A DNA stretch of 59,961 nucleotides, counting the filler. It is 4 parts of 4 records of this genome, joined end to end, with 100 filler letters (N's around TTAATTAATTAA, not from the genome) between each part and the next. Parts side by side here need not be neighbours in the genome. Positions count along the whole stretch, not along the records: positions 1 to 31,472 come from SRR31156797_2833; positions 31,573 to 37,339 come from SRR31156797_2856; positions 37,440 to 44,083 come from SRR31156797_2870; 1 more part is not named here. The stretch is one strand, 5' to 3'. The notes below the pieces were generated by a model that worked only from the letters and a program-made list of their open reading frames with translations, did not search any database and was not told the DNA's origin. Position 1 is the first letter of the stretch. Each line of letters opens with the position of its first letter. Below are positions 29,940-41,905 of the stretch, in pieces. A program made the translations under genes and the position numbers.

Positions 29940-30263
29940 TGTGTTCTCCTTTGCAGATTTTGTAAAAAGTAAGATAACGGATTGACAATAAAAGCATAAT
30001 GCAGGAATGGTAAGAGGTCAATTGTCAATACAAATAAAATAACTCGCTGGCCTTGGGAGATATCGATGTGAAAATGTTTGGCAAAGAATTGACATATTTC
30101 CAGTCATTGAATGTTCTTTGCAACTGGAACGGACTGGTATCAGAAAGGAAGATGTGGCGAGAGGTATTTCGGCCGCGTTTTACTTTTGCGTTCTCTGTTA
30201 ACTGATCGCTGAATTATTGGACTTAGACGCGCGTCTTTCAATATTAATTGAGCCCTAAAAAAA

Positions 30264-31445
30264 ATGATCTATCGACGATTCGGAAAAACTGAACTGGAAA
30301 TGCCGGTCTTTTCTGCTGGTGGAATGCGATTTATGCAATCCTGGCAAGACGTTGCAAAAGATGACATAGAGCAAGTGCAGCAACGGAAACTACAGAAAAT
30401 AATTGCCAGGGCTTTGGCTCTGGGGATTAACCATATAGAGACTGCAAGGGGATACGGATCTTCAGAACGGCAACTTGGTCTTGTCTTGAAAGAGTACAAC
30501 AGGAAAGATTTTATCCTTCAGACAAAAGTTCCACCTTCCCCCGATCCTTTGCTCTTTCGAGAGCATGTGCTCGACTCGCTGCGTAGGTTGCAGGTGGAAA
30601 GAGTCGACCTGTTGGCCTTACACGGCATTAATTCATATAAACAACTTTGGAATGTTTGCAGGCCGGGCGGTTGTCTTCAGGCTGCAAGAGTTTTGCAGAA
30701 ACAGGGGAAGATCGGTTGGGTAGGATTTTCTGGGCACGGTTCAACCAATGTATTACTGCAGGCAGTCAACCATCAGCAGGATGGTGGGTTTGATTATATC
30801 AATCTGCATTGGTACACTATTCTTCAACGTCATGAAAAGGTGCTTCAGGCAGCACAGGCAAGAGACATGGGGACGTTTATTATCAGTCCTACTGATAAAG
30901 GCGGGATGCTGCACACACCGCCACCTCAGCTTGCAGAGCTTTCGGCGCCACTTACTCCTTTACAGTTCAATGACCTCTTCTGCCTGCAGCATAAGGCAAT
31001 ACACACCCTTAGTATTGGAGCTGCAACACCTGATGACTTCACTGACCATGTTTTGGCTTTACAATATTTAGGAGACTTTGAGCTCGTTAGAAATATATAT
31101 CAGCGGTGGCAAACCCGCATGTCAGAAGAGACAGGGAGTAACAAGCCGGACAACCATTGGGATCTGTATCCTTGTTTCGAGGAAACGCCCGGGTGTATGA
31201 ATATAGCTATGATTCTGTGGTTGTATAATCTCGCGACAGGATGGGATCTTTTGCCATATGCCCGGGGAAGGTATGCCATGTTGGGTAAAGGGAGTGAATG
31301 GGTATCTGGTAATAGTGCAGCCTGTGCTATAAAATACGATATGCAAGAATTTTCAAAAAAGATTGGTATGCTTTCCTCTGATCTCATCAGAAAACTACAG
31401 AAGGCGCATGAGTTGCTCTCTAGCGAGCAGGATGAAGAATTGTAA
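30264..31445 (+). CDS. Aldo/keto reductase family protein
   Basis: YRRFGKT, GINHIETARGYG, QTKV, LHGIN and GFSGHG motifs. Confidence 0.9.
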   Translation: MIYRRFGKTELEMPVFSAGGMRFMQSWQDVAKDDIEQVQQRKLQKIIARALALGINHIETARGYGSSERQLGLVLKEYNRKDFILQTKVPPSPDPLLFREHVLDSLRRLQVERVDLLALHGINSYKQLWNVCRPGGCLQAARVLQKQGKIGWVGFSGHGSTNVLLQAVNHQQDGGFDYINLHWYTILQRHEKVLQAAQARDMGTFIISPTDKGGMLHTPPPQLAELSAPLTPLQFNDLFCLQHKAIHTLSIGAATPDDFTDHVLALQYLGDFELVRNIYQRWQTRMSEETGSNKPDNHWDLYPCFEETPGCMNIAMILWLYNLATGWDLLPYARGRYAMLGKGSEWVSGNSAACAIKYDMQEFSKKIGMLSSDLIRKLQKAHELLSSEQDEEL

Positions 31446-31472
31446 ATGCACTGTCTTTTCGCATGCGAAAAG

Positions 31473-31572
31473 NNNNNNNNNNNNNNNNNNNNNNNNNNNN
31501 NNNNNNNNNNNNNNNNTTAATTAATTAANNNNNNNNNNNNNNNNNNNNNNNNNNNNNNNNNNNNNNNNNNNN
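31473..31572. other. Artificial contig spacer
   Basis: N44-TTAATTAATTAA-N44 (stops in all six frames). Confidence 0.98.
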
Positions 31573-31718
31573 GGCAGGGTCAGCTTCATGATCAGCTGGC
31601 TGACTGCCGAAAAGATATCCTGCTTCCATTTGATAAAGCGCCTGAGGACAAAGCCTATGCCCGCCAAAATGAGAATCTGCAAAAGAGAATAGAGCACCGG
31701 AAAGAAATACTGAGTCAC
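31573..31718 (-). CDS. AEC (auxin efflux carrier) family transporter, 5' fragment
   Basis: Hydrophobic N-terminus SLLQILILAGIGFVLRR...LIMKLTL; GTG start; truncated by the spacer. Confidence 0.65.
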
Positions 31719-31866
31719 TGGATATCCGCCTTTTTGAAATTGGGACAAAATGTCTCAGTTAATTGTTTCCCCTATGCCTTTGAGAAGCAATGTGCACGAT
31801 TCATAAAAAACCGATCCCCTGTTGTGAGAACGATACAGCGCGGGAGAGATCGGGAAGAGGGGCGCA

Positions 31867-33012
31867 TCAGTATTTGTCCAGATAGTGGGCCAGCTCATTG
31901 AGAAGCTCCCTGTCCGAACCGATGACCAGGGGATCGATGTTCAGGGTGCTTTTCAGTTTGTTCAGGCGGAAGGTGATCGTGTTGCGGTGAACATGAAGGT
32001 CCTTGCTCGTGTTCACCAGGTTGTAGTTGTTGGCATTGAGGGCTTTGATGGTTTCAACCATCACATTCTTCTCATCCCCCTGGAACAGGGCATGGAATGC
32101 GGAGAAGATATCGTTGTACAGCTTCATGGTTACCGAGTTCCGGATATAGTCCTGGATATGATCCATAAAGAAGGTGACCTTGCCGTTCTGGCCCATCCTC
32201 GGATTCAGAGAGATCTGCTGCGCATGATGATAGGAGGTGCGGAACATATCGATCTGGGACTGGAGGCTGCCGACGAAGTACTTTAAGTCGTCTTCCCCCA
32301 CATCTATGGGAAGCTGCTCCTCCAGATCCCAGATATATTCAAAGATCTGGTCCTTATAGTTCTGTATCCCTTCGTTGATATCATCATCCAGGTTTTTCAG
32401 GATAACAATATCGTCGTTCCGCCCTTTGATGAATATGCCCTTCCTGAAGGATTCGTTACCCGCGGCCATAGTCCGCAGGACGATATCCCTGTCCACCCTG
32501 GTCGAGCAGCGCATGATGATGATGGCTATCAGCTTGGAACACTCTATCCCGTATCGCTCGCAGAGCCTGGTGGCCTCCACAAAATTATACTCCTCTTCAA
32601 AAAGGACGTAATGAAGAAACTTCTCGGCACTTCCCATGGCCCTCTGGTTCTGAGCCATCTTGATTTCATAGGCGAGCATGGTTTCCATGGACGTTTTCAC
32701 AAAGCCGGCGAAGGTCTGGACGTTCTCAGGATCGCCGGTCACGCAGATGACGCCGATGTGCTTTCCCTTATAGTCGATAAACATATTGATGCCCGGCTTG
32801 GTTCCGATGTAGTTATCCTTTTCCGTAACCACACCCGAATCCAGTTTGCCCGACAGAAGGCCGTAAGCGACCTCGTGAAAGTCCCCGATTCTGGTACTGT
32901 CCTTGCTGGCGATGATAACCCCTTCATGGTTCATGATGTTTACATTGTAGGGGAGGTTTTTTACAGTTTTCTGGATGAACTGCTGTGCGAATTCAGGGGT
33001 CAGGATGGCCAT
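31867..33012 (-). CDS. CdaR family sugar-diacid transcriptional regulator
   Basis: NVNIMN..GVIIAS..RIG.FHE.A and KPGIN recognition domain; C-terminal HTH LHVHRNTITFRL. Confidence 0.9.
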   Translation of the reverse strand: MAILTPEFAQQFIQKTVKNLPYNVNIMNHEGVIIASKDSTRIGDFHEVAYGLLSGKLDSGVVTEKDNYIGTKPGINMFIDYKGKHIGVICVTGDPENVQTFAGFVKTSMETMLAYEIKMAQNQRAMGSAEKFLHYVLFEEEYNFVEATRLCERYGIECSKLIAIIIMRCSTRVDRDIVLRTMAAGNESFRKGIFIKGRNDDIVILKNLDDDINEGIQNYKDQIFEYIWDLEEQLPIDVGEDDLKYFVGSLQSQIDMFRTSYHHAQQISLNPRMGQNGKVTFFMDHIQDYIRNSVTMKLYNDIFSAFHALFQGDEKNVMVETIKALNANNYNLVNTSKDLHVHRNTITFRLNKLKSTLNIDPLVIGSDRELLNELAHYLDKY

Positions 33013-33153
33013 GTATGCTCCATAGAAGATACGTCTTGGGTAATTATATATCACGAAGTCAGGACTTGCCCAAGCCGATAAAAGCCATTCTGCTGTTGAA
33101 ACATGGAAATACTGATCAGATCCACCGACAAAGAAAATCTAGTAAAACCAACG

Positions 33154-33181
33154 TTGACGTAACACGTATGACGTGTTACGT
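33154..33181 (+). promoter_or_regulatory. Perfect palindromic operator overlapping a -35 element
   Basis: ACGTAACACGT-ATG-ACGTGTTACGT (33157-33181) overlaps TTGACG (33154), between the divergent CdaR and GntR genes. Confidence 0.65.
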
Positions 33182-33222
33182 TTCATATACTCTTATCTGA
33201 AATCACGAACAGGGAAGGCTGA

Positions 33223-33939
33223 ATGAAAACGACGCATCGCAACAAAAAGACTCTGGCCGAGCAGACCGCCGATCAGTTGAAAGAGATGATCATCAACGGT
33301 GGAATCGAAAACGGCTCTCAGCTGCCCAGTGAATTTCAGCTCGCCGAGCAGCTTGATGTGGGCAGAGGCACGATCAGGGAGGCCGTTAAGATACTGGCAT
33401 CAAAACGCATCGTTGAGATCCGGAGGGGGTATGGTACTTTTGTTGCCGAAAATCCCGGCAAGGCCGAGGATCCCCTGGGTCTGGAGTTTATCAGGAACAA
33501 AAAAAAGCTGACCGTAGATCTCTACGAGATGCGCCTGCTGATCGAACCTCAGATCGCAGCGCTCGCCGCCCAGCGCGCGACCGAAGACGGTCTTGAAAGA
33601 ATCATTCAGGCCTCCCGGGCCATAGAGGACAATATCGCCGCTGGTCAGCCGTGGACAGAGGAGGATATAGCCTTTCACGAAAGGATCGCCGAGGCCTCCC
33701 AGAACCAGCTGGCTTCGAACATCGTCCCGATCATCCACTCTGCCGTAAAGGTCTTTGCCCAGCTATACGGCAAACCCCTGAAGGGTACGACTGTGGAAAG
33801 CCATCAGGAGATCATAGAGGCCATAGCATCCCATGATGCCGAAAAGGCAAGGGAGACGATGACCAGGCATCTGATGCGGAACAAGGAATACATTGAGAGC
33901 CTGATGGGCGAGAAGGATTCTGAACGCCCGACGGAATGA
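33223..33939 (+). CDS. GntR/FadR family regulator
   Basis: LPSEFQLAEQLDVGRGTIREA HTH; FCD domain with FH...ASQN. Confidence 0.93.
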   Translation: MKTTHRNKKTLAEQTADQLKEMIINGGIENGSQLPSEFQLAEQLDVGRGTIREAVKILASKRIVEIRRGYGTFVAENPGKAEDPLGLEFIRNKKKLTVDLYEMRLLIEPQIAALAAQRATEDGLERIIQASRAIEDNIAAGQPWTEEDIAFHERIAEASQNQLASNIVPIIHSAVKVFAQLYGKPLKGTTVESHQEIIEAIASHDAEKARETMTRHLMRNKEYIESLMGEKDSERPTE

Positions 33940-33999
33940 AGAGTGCATAGAGAGCTGTTCAGGAATCAGTATGAACAGGACAAGGGGGAGAGGGGACAG

Positions 34000-35472
34000 A
34001 TGAAGGAACAGGAATATGATGTCATTATCATCGGCGGCGGTGTAATCGGATCCGCTGTGGCGCGCGAACTCTCCAGATACGACCTCAGGATAGGCCTGGT
34101 CGAGAAAGAACCTGATGTGGCCTGCGGGAATTCAAGCCGGAACACCGGCGTACTCCATGCCGGTTTCACCTACAAACCGGGCTCTCTGAAAGCCGAATGC
34201 GCGGTGGAAGGGAATCGTGAATTCGATCAGGTCTCCAAGGAACTTGATGTTCCTTTCAGACGCTCCGGAAAAGTGGTCGTCGGCTTCAGCCCTGAGGAGA
34301 GGGAGCGCATACTCAAATACAAAAAGATAGGAGAAGTCAACGGGGTACGGGGGCTTGAGATGATCGACAAGGAGCGTCTGAACGGCATCGATTCGAGCGC
34401 CGGCGGTGAATTTGCCATGTACAGTCCCGATTCTGGGATACTCAATCCGATGCAGTACACTATAGCTCTGGCGGAAAATGCCCATGAGAATGGTGTCGAT
34501 TTCTTCTTTGACAGCGAGGTAAGGGCAATTACCAGAAAGGGAGATCGCTTTGCCATTGAGGCGGGGGATTCCTTATTCAGCAGCCGCTGGATCATCAACT
34601 GCGCCGGGATGAACTGTGTCGTCATATCGGAAATGCTGGGGATCCACGGTCACCACGTAAAAGGATTCAAGGGCGAGTACATCGTGCTGGACAAGAAAGC
34701 CGGACAGTATCTCAATATCCCTGTCTACCCAGCGCCCAATGCCAAAGGGGGATTCTCAACCCACGCCACCCCGACGGTTGACGGAAATGTTCTGATAGGG
34801 CCGGATTCCTATATTACCGAAGATCCGGATGATTACGCGTCGACCCGGGAGCACATACAAGGCCTGATCGAAGAGGGCTCAAAGATGTTCGGCCATATCA
34901 GGCGTGATTTCTTTATCCGGAACTTCGCAGGGACGCGCTGGAAGAGGATTGATCCTGAAACGGGGGAAGTCCTTGATTTCCTGATCGAATCCCGCAAGGA
35001 TCATCCCGGGATTGTGAATCTCATAGGGATAGAATCCCCCGGTTTGACCTGTGCCCTTCCCATCGCCCGCCGCGTCATCGCCAGGATAGGGGACAATGAA
35101 GAGCTGCGCCCCAGACCTGACTTCAATCCGTATCGCAAGGGGATCGTGCCATTCTCCGGGCAGCCCAAAGAGAAACAAAGGCAGATGATCGCGGCCGATC
35201 CCGACTACGGAGAGATCGTCTGCCGCTGCGAAACAGTGACCCGCGCTGAGATTGTTCAAGCTATCGACAATCCCCTGGGAGTCCATACGGTTACGGGCAT
35301 AAAGAACCGTGCCCGGGCTACCATGGGCCGATGCCAGGGAGGCTACTGCGAAACCCGTATGACCGCTCTGATCCGGGAACTGTGCGATGAGAAAGAGGAT
35401 CAAGTGGTCTATCAGCATAGGGGGTCCTACATGTTCAGCGGTCAGGTCAGGGAGGAGAGGAATGGAGAATAA
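34000..35472 (+). CDS. FAD-dependent oxidoreductase with BFD-like [2Fe-2S] domain (GlpA/LhgO-like)
   Basis: GGGVIG, SSRNTGVLHAG, GIESPGLT, CRCE and GRCQGGYC motifs. Confidence 0.88.
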   Translation: MKEQEYDVIIIGGGVIGSAVARELSRYDLRIGLVEKEPDVACGNSSRNTGVLHAGFTYKPGSLKAECAVEGNREFDQVSKELDVPFRRSGKVVVGFSPEERERILKYKKIGEVNGVRGLEMIDKERLNGIDSSAGGEFAMYSPDSGILNPMQYTIALAENAHENGVDFFFDSEVRAITRKGDRFAIEAGDSLFSSRWIINCAGMNCVVISEMLGIHGHHVKGFKGEYIVLDKKAGQYLNIPVYPAPNAKGGFSTHATPTVDGNVLIGPDSYITEDPDDYASTREHIQGLIEEGSKMFGHIRRDFFIRNFAGTRWKRIDPETGEVLDFLIESRKDHPGIVNLIGIESPGLTCALPIARRVIARIGDNEELRPRPDFNPYRKGIVPFSGQPKEKQRQMIAADPDYGEIVCRCETVTRAEIVQAIDNPLGVHTVTGIKNRARATMGRCQGGYCETRMTALIRELCDEKEDQVVYQHRGSYMFSGQVREERNGE

Positions 35473-36697
35473 GGATGTCATCATCATAGGAGGCGGTCCC
35501 GCCGGTCTGGCGGCGGCCCTCGAGCTTTACGATTCAGGAGTCACCGACATCCTGATCCTGGAACGGGAAAAACATCTGGGAGGAATACTGAGGCAGTGCA
35601 TACATGACGGCTTCGGTCTGAATCGATTCAATGAATCCCTGAGCGGCCCCGAATACGCCCAGCGCTTTATCGATCGGATAGAAGAGCTCGGCATTCCCTA
35701 TCTGACGAATGTCACTGTGACGGAGCTGACCCGGGACAAACAGGTCGTCGCCGTATCAGGGGACGGTCTGTTTGAGTTTCGGGCTAAGGCGGTCGCCCTA
35801 ACCATGGGCTGCCGGGAACGAACGCGCGGAGCCATTTCCATTCCCGGGACACGGCCCGCCGGTATCTATACGGCAGGGGTGGCGCAAGCCTATATGAACC
35901 TGTCGAATGTCATGCCGGGGAAGGAGGTTGTGATCCTCGGTTCCGGCGACATAGGCCTGATCATGGCCCGCCGTCTGACATTGGAGGGCGCCAGGGTCAA
36001 GGCGGTTTTCGAACTGCAATCCTATCCGAGCGGGCTGCCGCGCAATATTGAGCAGTGTCTGAACGACTACGATATCCCGCTCCTCTTAAGCCATACCATT
36101 GTCGATATCCTGGGGCATTCCCGCCTTGAGGGGGTAAGGGTCGCCCGGGTTGATGGGCAGGGGAAGCCCATCCCCGGGACAGAGGAAGAATACAGCTGCG
36201 ACACCCTGATTCTGTCGGTAGGATTAATCCCTGAAAACGAACTGTCCCTCGGAGCCGGCGTCCGGCTTGACGAGAGGACGAAAGGGGCCGTTGTTGACGA
36301 GCGCTATCAGACGAGTCAGAACGGGATTTTCGTATCCGGAAACGTTCTGCACGTCCACGATCTTGTGGATTGCGTCTCCATCGAAGCGGAAAGAATGGCC
36401 CGATCCATTAATTCATACCTGTCGGGCTCTCCCCCTCCTCCGGCGGAGATTCCCATTCTTGCGGATCATTCGATAGGACATACGGTTCCTCAAAGGACGA
36501 GCGGGACGGAGGACTTCACCCTCTCCCTGAGGCCGGCCAAACCTGTTCGCGATTGTGAGCTGATCGTGACTCAGAATAACAAAGTCATTACGAGGAAGAG
36601 TTTTGCCAGGGTTCTTCCTGCGGAGATGGTTCAACTCGATGTCCCGGCGGACCGGCTCATCCCATCAGAGGCTCTGGAGGTAAGAATCTCATGCTGA
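35462..36697 (+). CDS. FAD/NAD(P)-dependent oxidoreductase (pyridine nucleotide-disulfide family)
   Basis: GGGPAG, QCIHDGFG, MGCRERTRG, GSGDIG and GNVLHVHDLVD motifs. Confidence 0.9.
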   Translation: MENKDVIIIGGGPAGLAAALELYDSGVTDILILEREKHLGGILRQCIHDGFGLNRFNESLSGPEYAQRFIDRIEELGIPYLTNVTVTELTRDKQVVAVSGDGLFEFRAKAVALTMGCRERTRGAISIPGTRPAGIYTAGVAQAYMNLSNVMPGKEVVILGSGDIGLIMARRLTLEGARVKAVFELQSYPSGLPRNIEQCLNDYDIPLLLSHTIVDILGHSRLEGVRVARVDGQGKPIPGTEEEYSCDTLILSVGLIPENELSLGAGVRLDERTKGAVVDERYQTSQNGIFVSGNVLHVHDLVDCVSIEAERMARSINSYLSGSPPPPAEIPILADHSIGHTVPQRTSGTEDFTLSLRPAKPVRDCELIVTQNNKVITRKSFARVLPAEMVQLDVPADRLIPSEALEVRISC

Positions 36698-37053
36698 AAA
36701 GGTATACCTGCATCATCTGTCCCATCGGTTGCGACATAACGGCAGCCATCGATAACAGCACATCAATCGCAATAGAGGGGAACAGATGCTCCAGAGGGTC
36801 AGATTATGTGAAACAGGAAATGACTCATCCCCTGCGCACTATCGCCTCCTCCGTGACCGTGCGCAACGGCGAATTGCCGATAGCCAGCGTCAGGCTGGAC
36901 AAAGCGATCCCCAAGGCCAGTATTACTGAGGTTATGAAAGAGATAGACAGGGTGGTCCTCACTGCACCCGTCAGGATGGGGCAGGTGGCCCGGAAAAACA
37001 TAGCCGGGACAGAGAGCGATCTGATTGTCACTAAGAATGTAGAATGCGGATAA
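36691..37053 (+). CDS. DUF1667 protein
   Basis: CIICPIGC...GNRCSRG; the usual third gene of this oxidoreductase trio. Confidence 0.88.
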   Translation: MLKRYTCIICPIGCDITAAIDNSTSIAIEGNRCSRGSDYVKQEMTHPLRTIASSVTVRNGELPIASVRLDKAIPKASITEVMKEIDRVVLTAPVRMGQVARKNIAGTESDLIVTKNVECG

Positions 37054-37108
37054 CAGCCTCATATCCGGCCGATAGCCCCCCGGGGAAGAACGTCCTTCCC
37101 GGAACCTG

Positions 37109-37339
37109 TCAGCCCTCCGATTCCCTTCCTGTAATCATCTCCAGAATGCCCCGGTAGTCCTCGTCCTGCAGTACAGACTCCTCCCTGATCGTCTCTTGGA
37201 TGAGGCGGATCAGGCTGTTGCGGGTTTCCTCTCCCTTTTCGGTCAAGGCGACCTCGACGGCCCTCCTGTCGCCCTTCATCCGTGACCTGACCAGAAGCCC
37301 CGATTTCTCGAACTTATCAACCAGCACGGTCACATTGGA
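37109..37339 (-). CDS. MarR family regulator, 3' fragment
   Basis: VDKFEKSGLLVR...DRRAVEVALTEKG wing motif; 5' end lost in the spacer. Confidence 0.8.
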   Translation of the reverse strand, partial: SNVTVLVDKFEKSGLLVRSRMKGDRRAVEVALTEKGEETRNSLIRLIQETIREESVLQDEDYRGILEMITGRESEG

Positions 37340-37439
37340 NNNNNNNNNNNNNNNNNNNNNNNNNNNNNNNNNNNNNNNNNNNNTTAATTAATTAANNNNN
37401 NNNNNNNNNNNNNNNNNNNNNNNNNNNNNNNNNNNNNNN
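37340..37439. other. Artificial contig spacer
   Basis: N44-TTAATTAATTAA-N44. Confidence 0.98.
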
Positions 37440-39026
<1,587 letters not shown>

Positions 39027-39076
39027 TGCAAAAAGTCTCCCTGTGATTAATTATTATTCCAATATAAATGTATTTT

Positions 39077-39114
39077 GTTCGAAAACGAAACCAATTTTAG
39101 TTCGAAAACGAAAC
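39077..39114. promoter_or_regulatory. Tandem GlpR-like operators
   Basis: Exact 15-bp direct repeat GTTCGAAAACGAAAC at 39077 and 39100, each with a TTCG-N3-CGAA-like dyad, upstream of the glycerol SBP. Confidence 0.7.
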
Positions 39115-39218
39115 TTTAATAAAAAAAGCCCAAGCAGGACGAACGGGGTTTCCCGTTCGAACCGGCGATTGCCGCGACCGAAGGATCCGGATCGGAAAGT
39201 TCGAAACCTGTTCGGAGA

Positions 39219-39953
39219 TCAGATGGCCGAGGTCACGACGATCGAGACCCCGGACAGAAGCAGCAGGACCAGGACGATCTGGTTGAAGCGGCCGTCGCCC
39301 AACCGGTCGTAGGTTTTGCGCCCCATCCAGGCCCCCAGCAGGGTTCCCGGCAGGGCGACCAGCGTCAAGCGGCCGACTTCGGTCGTCATAAAGCCGCCGA
39401 CTGCCTGGGACACCGCCGCAAACAGCAGGATCGACAGATTGAAGGTCTGAAATACACCGCGTTTTTCATCCTTGCCCCAACCCCGCAGGCCAGCCCAAAT
39501 CGTCGGCAACGGCCCGGACAGGCCAGCCAGGCCGCCGAGAACGCCACCGCCCAGCCCGACGACGCCATCGGCACATCTACCCCCCCTTGAAACGACGGGG
39601 GTCGACCGGCTGAGCAACATGAACGTGCAATAGACGATCAGCAACCCGCCGATCAGCGTTTTGAACACCGGCACCGGAACGATGGCCAACAGCGCCGTTC
39701 CCACCGGCACGCCGACAAGCCCGCCGGCAATGAACGGCAGGACCCGGGACCAGACGATGGCGTGCCAGATCGCCGGCAGGGTCTGCACCTGGGCAATGAT
39801 CGAACAGATGACGACCAGCGGCGCCGCGATCACCGGCTGAACCGCCTGCAGCCAAAAGGCAAGGGCAGTCAGCCCGGTGCCGAAACCGGTCAGCCCGTTG
39901 ACGTAGCCGCCGGCAAGGGCGCCGGCCAGGACAAGGATTTCGGTGCTTCCCAT
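39219..39953 (-). CDS. Sulfite exporter TauE/SafE family protein
   Basis: GLTGFG, GVPVG, GGLAGLSGP and GTLLGAWMG TM motifs. Confidence 0.88.
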   Translation of the reverse strand: MGSTEILVLAGALAGGYVNGLTGFGTGLTALAFWLQAVQPVIAAPLVVICSIIAQVQTLPAIWHAIVWSRVLPFIAGGLVGVPVGTALLAIVPVPVFKTLIGGLLIVYCTFMLLSRSTPVVSRGGRCADGVVGLGGGVLGGLAGLSGPLPTIWAGLRGWGKDEKRGVFQTFNLSILLFAAVSQAVGGFMTTEVGRLTLVALPGTLLGAWMGRKTYDRLGDGRFNQIVLVLLLLSGVSIVVTSAI

Positions 39954-40023
39954 GGGGCGATCTTAGGCACTGCCGGGGATTAGGCCAGACGATTTTGCGG
40001 TCCCCGGGGAGATTGGGGTTCCG

Positions 40024-41316
40024 CTAACGGATCAGGCCGAGTTCGCGCGGGATCCACAGCGACAGATCCGGCCAGTAGCCGACCAGCAGGACGATCAGGA
40101 AGTTGAGCACCAGGAAGGGCATCATCTCGCGCGAAAGCTCGGCTACGCTGACCCTGGTTATGGCCGTTATCGCGAATAGCACGTTTCCGACCGGCGGCGT
40201 GCACAGCCCGATATTGCTGTTGATGATCAGCATGATTCCGAATTGAACCGGGTGCAGCCCGACCTCGTAGGCCAGCGGCGCCATCACCGGCGCGAACAGC
40301 AGGATCGAGGCGCCGGGGTCCATCCAGGTTCCCATGATCACGAAGAACAGATTGATGATGAGAACCAGAATGAGCGGATTTTCGGTGATCCCGTAAACCA
40401 CCGAGCGGACCAGGGCGGGGACGTTCTCGATGGCGAATATCCAGCCGATGATGGCGGCGCCGGCGATGATGAAAAACAACCGGGCGCTGTCCAGCGTCGC
40501 GGTTTTCAGGATGCCGCCGAACTGACCGACCCGCAGGGTGCGGAAGATGAACAGGCCGATGATCAGCGAATAGACGACGGCAATGGCTGCCGCCTCGGTC
40601 GGGGTGAAGATGCCGCCGAGGATGCCGCCGACGATGATGATCGGCATGATCAGCGCCAAAACCGCGTCGCGGCCGCTTCGCATGAATTGCTTCGGGGTAA
40701 CGCTGACCTCCTGCTTCGGGTAGTTCCGACGCTTCGCCAGATAGGCGACCAGCGCCATGTCGATGAGGCCGATGACCAATCCCGGTATGATCGCTCCGGC
40801 GAACATGGCGCCGACCGATACGCTCATGACGGCACCGTAAAAAACGATGATCGTCGACGGCGGAATGACCGGGCCGATGAGGGACGAGGCGGCCGTCACC
40901 GCACTGGCGAAAGCACGGCTGTAACCCTGGCGTTCCATCTGCGGGATGAAGATTTTTCCGAGCGCCGCGACGTCGCCCAAGGCGACGCCGGTAATGCCGG
41001 CGAACAGGATGCTGGCCAGCACATTGACCTGCGCCAGACCGCCGCGGATGCGGCCGACGACCAGGTTGGAAAATTCGACCAGCCGGTCGGACATGCCGGC
41101 CCGGTTCATGATCTCGCCCGACAGCATGAAAAATGGGATCGACATCAGGATGAAAACGTCGAGGCCGGCGAAAATGCGCTCGGGAATCATCAGGAAATAG
41201 ATCGGGTTGTCGGCGAACAGGAAATACAGCGCCGCACTGACCGCCATGACGAATCCGACCGGCAAACCGGACAACAGCAGAACGAAGAAAATGAGGACGA
41301 AAACGCCAAACGACAT
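40024..41316 (-). CDS. dctM: TRAP transporter large permease
   Basis: IPFFMLSGEIM, GGLAQVNV, IPPS, FTPTEA and TPPVG motifs. Confidence 0.95.
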   Translation of the reverse strand: MSFGVFVLIFFVLLLSGLPVGFVMAVSAALYFLFADNPIYFLMIPERIFAGLDVFILMSIPFFMLSGEIMNRAGMSDRLVEFSNLVVGRIRGGLAQVNVLASILFAGITGVALGDVAALGKIFIPQMERQGYSRAFASAVTAASSLIGPVIPPSTIIVFYGAVMSVSVGAMFAGAIIPGLVIGLIDMALVAYLAKRRNYPKQEVSVTPKQFMRSGRDAVLALIMPIIIVGGILGGIFTPTEAAAIAVVYSLIIGLFIFRTLRVGQFGGILKTATLDSARLFFIIAGAAIIGWIFAIENVPALVRSVVYGITENPLILVLIINLFFVIMGTWMDPGASILLFAPVMAPLAYEVGLHPVQFGIMLIINSNIGLCTPPVGNVLFAITAITRVSVAELSREMMPFLVLNFLIVLLVGYWPDLSLWIPRELGLIR

Positions 41317-41319
41317 GGC

Positions 41320-41844
41320 TCAGCCCTCTGCCCGGCCGATTTGCAGCGGTCGTTTGCCGCGCATTTCGCGAATGTCGTCGATCAGGTTGGCAACCGAAAA
41401 CAGCGCCATCAGCACGGCGCCGGCCGGAATCGCCAGATAGGGAATGCGCATCGACAGGCCGAGGGCCGCCGAGTGCGTGATCGTCATGTTCTGCGCCATC
41501 GTCCAGCCGTAGTAGATGAGGACGAACGAGAACCAGATGATGAGGATACGGTGAATTAGGAAGATCAGCGCCCGCGGGCGCTCCGGTGCCTTGGCGACGA
41601 TGAAATCGACCCGGATATTGTCGTTGCGGTATTGATTGATCGCGGCCGCCAGCATGACCATCCAGACCAGGAGATAACGGGTCAATTCCTCGGCCCAGGG
41701 AAACGAGTAGTTCAGCACGTAGCGGGTAAAGACCAGGGCGGAAATCGTCACGGTCATGATGCCCAGCATCGTGCAGCAAATTGCCACAAGACCGCGAACG
41801 AGAAGCTCGGCCAGGCGGAATAGGCCGGAAAGCATTTGGTCCAT
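41320..41844 (-). CDS. dctQ: TRAP transporter small permease
   Basis: RYVLN...WAEELTRY, NIRVD; four TMs. Confidence 0.93.
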   Translation of the reverse strand: MDQMLSGLFRLAELLVRGLVAICCTMLGIMTVTISALVFTRYVLNYSFPWAEELTRYLLVWMVMLAAAINQYRNDNIRVDFIVAKAPERPRALIFLIHRILIIWFSFVLIYYGWTMAQNMTITHSAALGLSMRIPYLAIPAGAVLMALFSVANLIDDIREMRGKRPLQIGRAEG

Positions 41845-41857
41845 CCCCCGCAGGAAG

Positions 41858-41891
41858 AAACGGAAAAGCCCCGCGCCAGGCGGCGCGGGGC
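41858..41891 (-). terminator. Hairpin/attenuator between dctP and dctQ
   Basis: 10-bp GC stem GCCCCGCGCC/GGCGCGGGGC followed by UUUUCCGUUUCUU. Confidence 0.65.
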
Positions 41892-41905
41892 CCCTGTCTC
41901 GTCAA

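Noticed and set aside
31517-31528. TTAATTAATTAA repeated three times in the window
   Set aside because: Assembly linker, not biological.
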